A stretch of 64,000 bases of DNA from Spirochaetia bacterium (GTDB taxonomy: Bacteria > Spirochaetota > Spirochaetia > SZUA-6 > Bin103), in contig CBDAOI010000004.1 of assembly GCA_965198005.1 (NCBI GenBank), forward strand, positions 608,001 through 672,000, in the 5' to 3' direction. Of this stretch, positions 57,831-64,000 are shown piece by piece (positions within the stretch are counted from its first letter, which is position 1; each line of letters opens with the position of its first letter). Made by a program: the position numbers and the translations under genes. The notes below the pieces were generated by a model. That model did no database searches and was not told the origin of the DNA. It saw only the letters and a program-made list of their open reading frames with translations.

Positions 57831-58873
57831 CCCGGATCGGGTCCCCGGCCGCGCGGCTCGCCGGGAGGCTCGCGGCGGTACTCGCCGTGTTGCTCGCCAC
57901 GGCGGCGCTCCTGCTGCTGGCAGGTTGCGTGACCCCGGACCGCCGGCCCGCCGCCGGACGCGCGTTCGAACGGGCGTTCGCATGGACGCACCGGGGCCGC
58001 CCGTACCGCCTCGAGCTGAAGCTGCGTTCCGACGTGTACGAGGAGTTCAGGCGGAGAGAGCGGACGCGCGAGTACGATCTGTTCGCTTCCGACCTCTCCG
58101 GCAAGCCGTTCGTGCGGACGATCACCCGCGGTCTGCGCGACTACGCGCGCGCCAGCGGCCTGACCGAGGAGCAGGTTCCCTACTTCGTCGTCGCCTTTGT
58201 CCAGAATCTGCCCTACACGTCGGATGACGTAACCACCGGCTTCGACGAGTATCCGCGGTTCCCCTACGAGACGCTCTACGACAACGGCGGCGACTGCGAG
58301 GACACCTCGATCCTGGCGTCCGCGCTGCTGCACGAGCTGGGCTACGGAGTCGCCCTGCTGCGGTTTCCGGACCACAACCACGTGGCGGTGGGCGTGCAGT
58401 GCCAGCCGGCCGCCGGCAAGTCCTCCTACACGCACGGCGGCGTCCACTACTGCTACCTGGAGACGACGGGAGAGAACTGGGAGATCGGCGAGGTCCCGCC
58501 CGACCTGCGCGGCCTGACCGCGGTGGTCACGCCGGTGGTCGAGCGGCCGGTCCTGCGGGTCGACTTCGATTCCCGCTCCGAGTATCTGCCAGCCACCGGC
58601 ACCACGGTCGAGGTGGCGGCGTCGGTGACGAATCTGGGGTCGCAGACGGCACGCCGCACCGTGATCCAGGTCGCGTTGCAGACCCCCGCAACGGGCACGA
58701 TCGCAGACTCCGAACGGAGCCGGCAATTCACCCTGGCTCCGGACCAATCCTACGCCTACGAGGTGACCGGTCTGCGGCTGGCGACCGGCAAGGAATTCAG
58801 GATCTACGTGCGCGCCTGGGCCGACAACGCGGCCCCCGCCGAGGCCGTGAGCGACTGGATCCGGTGGGATTGA
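57827..58873 (+). CDS. Transglutaminase-like lipoprotein with Ig-like C-terminal domain; probable CTG start
   Basis: Lipobox LLAGC; FVQNLPY, YPRFPYETL, GDCEDTSIL, HVAVG, YLETT; CTG overlaps the upstream TGA. Confidence 0.8.
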   Translation: MTRIGSPAARLAGRLAAVLAVLLATAALLLLAGCVTPDRRPAAGRAFERAFAWTHRGRPYRLELKLRSDVYEEFRRRERTREYDLFASDLSGKPFVRTITRGLRDYARASGLTEEQVPYFVVAFVQNLPYTSDDVTTGFDEYPRFPYETLYDNGGDCEDTSILASALLHELGYGVALLRFPDHNHVAVGVQCQPAAGKSSYTHGGVHYCYLETTGENWEIGEVPPDLRGLTAVVTPVVERPVLRVDFDSRSEYLPATGTTVEVAASVTNLGSQTARRTVIQVALQTPATGTIADSERSRQFTLAPDQSYAYEVTGLRLATGKEFRIYVRAWADNAAPAEAVSDWIRWD

Positions 58874-58895
58874 CAGGCGCGCGGCGGGTCAAGAG

Positions 58896-59030
58896 TCACG
58901 CCCTCGCGCGCGGCGGGAATCTTTCGTACAACGCTTCGAGTACGGCCAAGCGCTTATCGACGCCGTTCACGTCGCGACGCAACTCGTGCACGTCAGTGCT
59001 CAGCGCTGACACCGCCGAGCGTACCGCGTT
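58896..59030 (-). pseudogene. Possible C-terminal remnant of a small coiled-coil gene
   Basis: VSALSTDVHELRRDVNGVDKRLAVLEALY; no clear start. Confidence 0.4.
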
Positions 59031-59100
59031 CGAACGCTGCCGGCGGGCAACGCGGTGCATTGCCTCGCGCCCGATTGCGCGGTAGCCTGTAGCGAGCGCC

Positions 59101-62100
59101 GTGTCTACTACGATAACATCGACTCCTGAACGGCCCGCCGGGGCCGCCCATTCGCGCGCGGCGGTCCAGAACGTGGCCGACTTCCTGGCGGACCTGGAGC
59201 CGCAGGTGCGTGGTGAGTTGCGCACCGACACCTACAGCCGGCTGCTGTACAGCACCGACGCCAGCATCTACCAGGTGATGCCGCACGCCGTCCTCATTCC
59301 GCAGAGCATGGAGGACGTGCACGCCGCCGTGACCTTGGCCGCCGAGCGCGCGATCCCGATCGTGCCGCGCACCGCCGGCTCCAGTCTGGCCGGGCAGGCG
59401 ATCGGGGAGGCGCTGATCATCGACTTCTCGCGCCATCTCGACCGCATCGTGGAGCTGAACGCCGAGGAAGGCTGGGTGCGGGTGCAGCCGGGCATCGTGC
59501 TGGACGAGCTGAACCTGTACCTCAAGCCGCACGGCCTGCAGTTCGGACCCGATCCCGCCAGCAGCAACCGCGCCGCGATGGGCGGCATCGTGGCCAACAA
59601 CTCCACCGGCGCGCACTCCATTCTCTACGGCATGACCGCCGACCACGTGCTGGAGCTGGACACCATTCTCAGCGACGGCAGCGGCGCCCACCTGGGGCCG
59701 GTGGCGGCGGACGCGTTCGACCAGTACGCGCGCCGGCCCGGGCTGGAGGGGCGGCTCTACCACGGCGTCGCCGAGCTGGCGCAGCGCAACGAGGACACCA
59801 TCCTGGCCGGCACGCCCCGCCACTGGCGCCGCTGCGGCGGCTACAACCTGGACCGGTTCGTCGACGGCGCGGCGTTCCGCTACCCGCGCGACCCGCGCTT
59901 CAACCTGGCCAAGCTGATCTGCGGCTCGGAGGGCACGCTGGCGGTGATGACCGAGCTGAAGCTGGGCGTGGTGCCGCTGCCGCGGCGCACCGGCCTCGCG
60001 GTGGTGCACTTCGACAGCCTGTACGAGGCATTGTCGGCGGTGCCGCCGATGCTGGAGACCGGCCCGAGCGCGATCGAGCTGCTGGACAACCTGGGGCTGA
60101 CCCTGTGCCGCGGCGTGCCGCAGTACGCGCGCCTGCTGTCCACCTTCGTCGAAGGCGATCCCGACTGCGTGCTGATCACCGAGTTCTACGGCGGCACCGA
60201 GGCGGAAGTGCGCGCTTCGGTGGACAAGCTGCAGCGGCGCTTGGCGCGCCAGGGGGTCAGGACGCGCACCGTGGCGGCCATCGATCCGGCCTTGCAGCGC
60301 AACGTGTGGGCCGTGCGCAAGGTGGGGCTGGGGCTGATGATGAGCATCAAGGGTGACTACAAGCCGATTCCGTTCATCGAGGACGCGGCGGTGCCGCCGC
60401 AGCACTTGGCCGACTACGTGACGGAGATTCAGCGCTTCTGCGGCGAGATCGGCGTGCAGCGCGTGGCCATGTACGCGCACGCCAGCGCCGGCTGCCTGCA
60501 TATCCGGCCGCTGATCAACACCAAGCTGGCCAGCGACGTGGAACGGCTGCCGCGGATCTCCTCGTTCGCGGTGGAGTTGCTCGGACGCTACGGCGGCGTC
60601 TGGTCCAGCGAGCACGGCGACGGCCGCGCGCGCAGTTGGCTCAACGAGCAGTTCTTCGGGCGCGAGCTGTACCAGTTGTACCGCCAGGTGAAGGGGCTGT
60701 TCGATCCCGTCGGCATCCTCAACCCCGGGCAGGTGGTGGACGCGCCGCCGATGACCCAAGACCTGCGCTACGGGGCCGACTACCGCGCGCTGCAGCAGCC
60801 CGAGCATCTCGACTTCAGCACCGACCAGGGGTTCGAGCGCGCGGTCGAGATGTGCAACGGCGCCGCCATCTGCCGCAAGAAGACCGAGGGCACGATGTGT
60901 CCCTCCTTCATGGTGACGCGCGAGGAGGAGCACAGCACGCGCGGCCGTGCCAACCTGCTGCGCGCGGCGCTGAGCGGCGAGCTGCCGGCGGAAGAGCTGA
61001 CCGGCGCGCGGCTGTACGCCGCGATGGACCTGTGCATCGAGTGCAAGGCGTGCAAGGCGGAGTGCCCCTCGTCGGTGGACATGGCCAAGATCAAGTTCGA
61101 GTACTTGGCGCGCTACTACGAGGCCAACCCGGTGCCACGCCGGGTGCGGTTCTTCGCCGACGTCGCCCGCACCAGCCGGGCCGCCAGCGGCTGGCGCGCG
61201 CCGCTGGTCAACGCGCTGAACGGCGCCGCCCCGGTACGCTGGCTGCTGGAGAAGGCGCTGGGCATCAGCCGCGCGCGCACCCTGCCGCGGTTCGCGGCGC
61301 GCCCGTTCACGCGCTGGTTCGCCGGGCGCGCGGCGGCCCGCGCCGGCGACAACCTGGAGCTTCCGGGCGGAGCGCCGCGGGCCGACGATGCCGCCGCTAA
61401 GCGGCCGGCGCCGACGGCCAACGGCCACCCGGGCGCGCGTCCGCCGCGGCCGGGCGCCAACGGGGGCCCGCCCACCGCCGCCGCCGGGGGCGTCACCCGC
61501 GACGTGGTGCTGTTCAACGACACGTTCAACACCTACAACGACCCCGAAGTGGCGATCGCCGCCACCGAGGTGCTGGAGGCCGCCGGGTACCGCGTGGTGC
61601 TGCCGGGCCACTGGTGCTGCGGCCGGCCGATGGTGTCCAAGGGGCTGATGGAACCGGCGCGCGCGGCCGCCCGCGCCACCGTCGAGCGGCTGCACCCGCT
61701 GGTCGCGCGCGGGATGCCGGTGATCGGCCTGGAGCCGAGCTGCATCCTTACGCTCAAGGACGAATACCTGTCGCTGCTCCCCGACGACCCGCGCGTGCGG
61801 GAGGTCGCCGATGCCGCCGTCACCTTCGAGGAGTTCGTCGCGGCGGAGGCTGCGGCCGGGCGCTTCAACCTGCGGTTCCGGCCGCAGGCGGGCCGCGTGC
61901 TGCTGCACGGACACTGCCATCAGAAGGCGCTGGTCGGGACCGGCGCCAGCCACCGTACGCTGGAGCTGGCCGGCTTCACGGTCGAGGAGGTCGACTCCGG
62001 CTGCTGCGGCATGGCCGGCTCCTTCGGCTACGAGGCGGAGCACCTGGACCTGTCCCTGGCCATGGCCGAACGGCGGCTGCTGCCGGCGGTGCGCGCCGCC

Positions 62101-62226
62101 GCGCAGGACACCCGGATCGCCGCCGCCGGCACCAGTTGCCGCGCCCAGATCGCCCACGGCACCCGGCGCAGCGCCCTGCACCCGGCCCAGCTCCTGCGCC
62201 AAGCCCTGGCCCCCGATCGGCCCTGA
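59101..62226 (+). CDS. FAD-binding / Fe-S oxidoreductase (YdiJ, GlcD-GlcF fusion type)
   Basis: YSTDASIY, GSSLAGQ, GSEGTL, HASAGCLH, SEHGDG, CNGAAIC, CIECKACKAECP, CCG motifs. Confidence 0.92.
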   Translation: MSTTITSTPERPAGAAHSRAAVQNVADFLADLEPQVRGELRTDTYSRLLYSTDASIYQVMPHAVLIPQSMEDVHAAVTLAAERAIPIVPRTAGSSLAGQAIGEALIIDFSRHLDRIVELNAEEGWVRVQPGIVLDELNLYLKPHGLQFGPDPASSNRAAMGGIVANNSTGAHSILYGMTADHVLELDTILSDGSGAHLGPVAADAFDQYARRPGLEGRLYHGVAELAQRNEDTILAGTPRHWRRCGGYNLDRFVDGAAFRYPRDPRFNLAKLICGSEGTLAVMTELKLGVVPLPRRTGLAVVHFDSLYEALSAVPPMLETGPSAIELLDNLGLTLCRGVPQYARLLSTFVEGDPDCVLITEFYGGTEAEVRASVDKLQRRLARQGVRTRTVAAIDPALQRNVWAVRKVGLGLMMSIKGDYKPIPFIEDAAVPPQHLADYVTEIQRFCGEIGVQRVAMYAHASAGCLHIRPLINTKLASDVERLPRISSFAVELLGRYGGVWSSEHGDGRARSWLNEQFFGRELYQLYRQVKGLFDPVGILNPGQVVDAPPMTQDLRYGADYRALQQPEHLDFSTDQGFERAVEMCNGAAICRKKTEGTMCPSFMVTREEEHSTRGRANLLRAALSGELPAEELTGARLYAAMDLCIECKACKAECPSSVDMAKIKFEYLARYYEANPVPRRVRFFADVARTSRAASGWRAPLVNALNGAAPVRWLLEKALGISRARTLPRFAARPFTRWFAGRAAARAGDNLELPGGAPRADDAAAKRPAPTANGHPGARPPRPGANGGPPTAAAGGVTRDVVLFNDTFNTYNDPEVAIAATEVLEAAGYRVVLPGHWCCGRPMVSKGLMEPARAAARATVERLHPLVARGMPVIGLEPSCILTLKDEYLSLLPDDPRVREVADAAVTFEEFVAAEAAAGRFNLRFRPQAGRVLLHGHCHQKALVGTGASHRTLELAGFTVEEVDSGCCGMAGSFGYEAEHLDLSLAMAERRLLPAVRAAAQDTRIAAAGTSCRAQIAHGTRRSALHPAQLLRQALAPDRP

Positions 62227-62338
62227 GACCGCGCCGCCGCACCGCCGCACCGCCCCGCGGTTGAAGCACGGCGGAAGATCGAGCCGTAGAACGGTGGTGT
62301 GGTTACGCGTTACACTGGGCAGGCACCGCTGAGGTGCG

Positions 62339-62656
62339 ATGATGAGTCCTGAACTGGTCGGCATCCTGACCGTCGGCGTAGCGTTGGCGGCACTGAACCT
62401 GACGACCCTGCGCACCCTGCGTACGGAGCTCCGCACCGACCTTCGAGGGCTGCGTGGCGAGTTGCGCGGCGTGCGCGATGAGTTGCGTGGGGACATTCGC
62501 GCTCTGGACGACCGGATGCGGGGCCAGGAACGGTCGACGGCAAGACTGGAAGGCCTGCTGGAAGGCCTGCGCGAGGCAGTCGTGGTACGGGCCGGTCCAT
62601 GGTCGAGCGCCGGTGGACCTGCGCGCGCCGACAGCGACGAACAGGCTCACGGGTAA
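62339..62656 (+). CDS. Small protein: N-terminal TM helix plus coiled coil
   Basis: GAGG SD; MSPELVGILTVGVALAAL; LRTELRTDLRGLRGELR; ARLEGLLEGLRE. Confidence 0.75.
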   Translation: MMSPELVGILTVGVALAALNLTTLRTLRTELRTDLRGLRGELRGVRDELRGDIRALDDRMRGQERSTARLEGLLEGLREAVVVRAGPWSSAGGPARADSDEQAHG

Positions 62657-62683
62657 CATCCAATGGCGGCGCGGCGCGCGGCG

Positions 62684-63385
62684 CTATCCGGTTGACCGGG
62701 GTAGCAGGTAGCCGCGGCCGTAGCCGCGCACCAGGTGGCTGGCCAGCCAGCGGCCGCGGCCGTCGCGCGGAGAGCCGCGCTGGCGCATCGGCGCGTTCAG
62801 GGCACGGGCATCGGGATGGCGGAGGTTCATTCGTTCGATGGTCACGCCCGTGCGGATGTGGTTGTGCACGTAGCTGATGGTGCCGTCGGCTGCGACCGCC
62901 ATGACCATGCCCACGTGGGTCAACTCGTCGTTCCAGCGCTCATCGCCGTTGCGGTCGAAGGTGTTGTCGAAGAACACGACGTCACCGGGAGCGGGGTGCT
63001 CCCAGGCGCGCGCCGGGTAGTACAGCGCGTGGCGTTGCATCATCTGGTAGACCCGGTGCACGCCGCTGCCGGTGTAGCGCTCGAAGTGCGCGTCGAGGTT
63101 GATGCCGGCGGCCGCGTAGACCGCCAGCACGGTACCGGTGCAGTCGTCGTTGTACCGGGTGCCGCCGACGTAGAGCGCGTCGCGGCCGACCAGGTCGTGT
63201 CCGGCGGCCACCAGGTTGCGCTGGCGCGCGTCCATCCGGCGTACGTCCGTCTGCGGTGCTTCCCGGCCCGCGGGCGCCGCCGCCGGCAGACCGCCGAACG
63301 GCGGTGGCGAGCTGGCGCACGAGCACAGCGCCGCGATCAACGCCGCTCCCACCAGTGCCGGACCCGGTTTTACCCACACCTTCAC
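62684..63385 (-). CDS. NlpC/P60 or CHAP-like lipoprotein amidase
   Basis: LCSC lipobox; DCTG, PAPGDVVFF, THVGMV. Confidence 0.8.
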   Translation of the reverse strand: MKVWVKPGPALVGAALIAALCSCASSPPPFGGLPAAAPAGREAPQTDVRRMDARQRNLVAAGHDLVGRDALYVGGTRYNDDCTGTVLAVYAAAGINLDAHFERYTGSGVHRVYQMMQRHALYYPARAWEHPAPGDVVFFDNTFDRNGDERWNDELTHVGMVMAVAADGTISYVHNHIRTGVTIERMNLRHPDARALNAPMRQRGSPRDGRGRWLASHLVRGYGRGYLLPRSTG

Positions 63386-63513
63386 AGTATTGGTATCGGC
63401 ATTCGGGCCGCCGACCGGCAGGTGCCGCCGGTGCCGCCGTGCCGCCCCGGGCCGCCGGTGGACGGCCGCCGCCTTCGGCGCTAGGCTGATTACTGGAGGT
63501 ACGTCGCACCGCC

Positions 63514-64000
63514 ATGTCAGATCCGTTTGCCGCGCGCGCCCGGCTGACCGTGAATGGAACGCACTACACGGTCTATCGTCTTACCGCGCTGGAGGCGCAG
63601 CTCGGGCGCGACCTGGCCGCGCTGCCCTATTCCCTGCGCATCCTGCTGGAGTCGCTGCTGCGCGGTTGCGGCCAACGCGGGAGTCCGATCACGCCGCAAC
63701 AGGTGCTGGACCTGGCGGCCTGGCAGCCGCACGCGGCGCGCCGCTCGAGTCTGTCGTACCGGCCCGCGCGGGTGCTCATGCAGGACTTCACCGGGGTGCC
63801 GGCGATCGTCGATCTGGGGGCGATACGGGCCGCGGTGGCCCGGCTGGGAGGCGACCCGTCCAGGGTCAACCCGCAGGTGGCCGTCGACCTGGTGATCGAC
63901 CATTCGGTGCAGGTCGATCACTTCGGCACGCCGGACGCGCTGGCGCGCAACGCCGCGCTCGAGTTTCGGCGCAACCGGGAACGCTACGAGTTCCTGCACT
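63514..64000 (+). CDS. acnA: Aconitate hydratase A, 5' part
   Basis: GGAGG upstream; LPYSLRILLESLLR, PARVLMQDFTGVPAIVDL, DLVIDHSVQVD, RNRERYEFL. Confidence 0.95.
   Translation, partial: MSDPFAARARLTVNGTHYTVYRLTALEAQLGRDLAALPYSLRILLESLLRGCGQRGSPITPQQVLDLAAWQPHAARRSSLSYRPARVLMQDFTGVPAIVDLGAIRAAVARLGGDPSRVNPQVAVDLVIDHSVQVDHFGTPDALARNAALEFRRNRERYEFLH

Noticed and set aside
58993-62496. 1167-aa antisense ORF and other long shadow ORFs (18477-20333, 54009-56363, 6525-8567)
   Set aside because: Stop-poor opposite frames of high-GC genes; no motifs
1-64000. tRNA, rRNA, prophage, integrase, reverse transcriptase or cas genes
   Set aside because: None recognised by eye; small RNAs could have been missed without covariance models

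Overview
High-GC bacterial chromosomal window. The style of the family-5 ABC binding protein and the lipoproteins suggests a Spirochaetaceae-like, possibly host-associated organism (inference only). About 1-26 kb is mostly housekeeping: mtaB, alaA, mraY, aldo/keto reductase, purF-like, an Fe(III)-binding protein, leuA with a clear Leu attenuator, trxB, sod, lipA, cdd and dus. It also holds a DUF350/YjfK-like operon ending in a glycosyltransferase, an inserted gene with two RNA-polymerase alpha-CTD domains plus a sigma-70 region-4-like HTH, and a tandem duplication with reciprocal gene loss (22.3-26.5 kb). About 26.5-49.6 kb is an accessory region full of decayed genes (type I R-M, OLD-like ATPase, TA modules, IS1380, ArdC, HNH, housekeeping-gene fragments) around an intact M16 protease, a desaturase-family gene and a dpp-type ABC cluster. 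The strongest candidate for a new system is the NHEJ locus at 49.6-56.2 kb. A Ku - intact stand-alone ATP-dependent ligase - BRCT/MerR-HTH/TPR operon faces a LigD whose phosphoesterase and polymerase motifs are intact but whose ligase domain has lost its catalytic residues and OB fold. The window ends with DUF309, a Ser/Thr dehydratase, a transglutaminase-like lipoprotein, an FAD/Fe-S oxidoreductase, an NlpC/P60-like lipoprotein and the 5' part of acnA. All family assignments come from motif recognition by eye; no database search was run.
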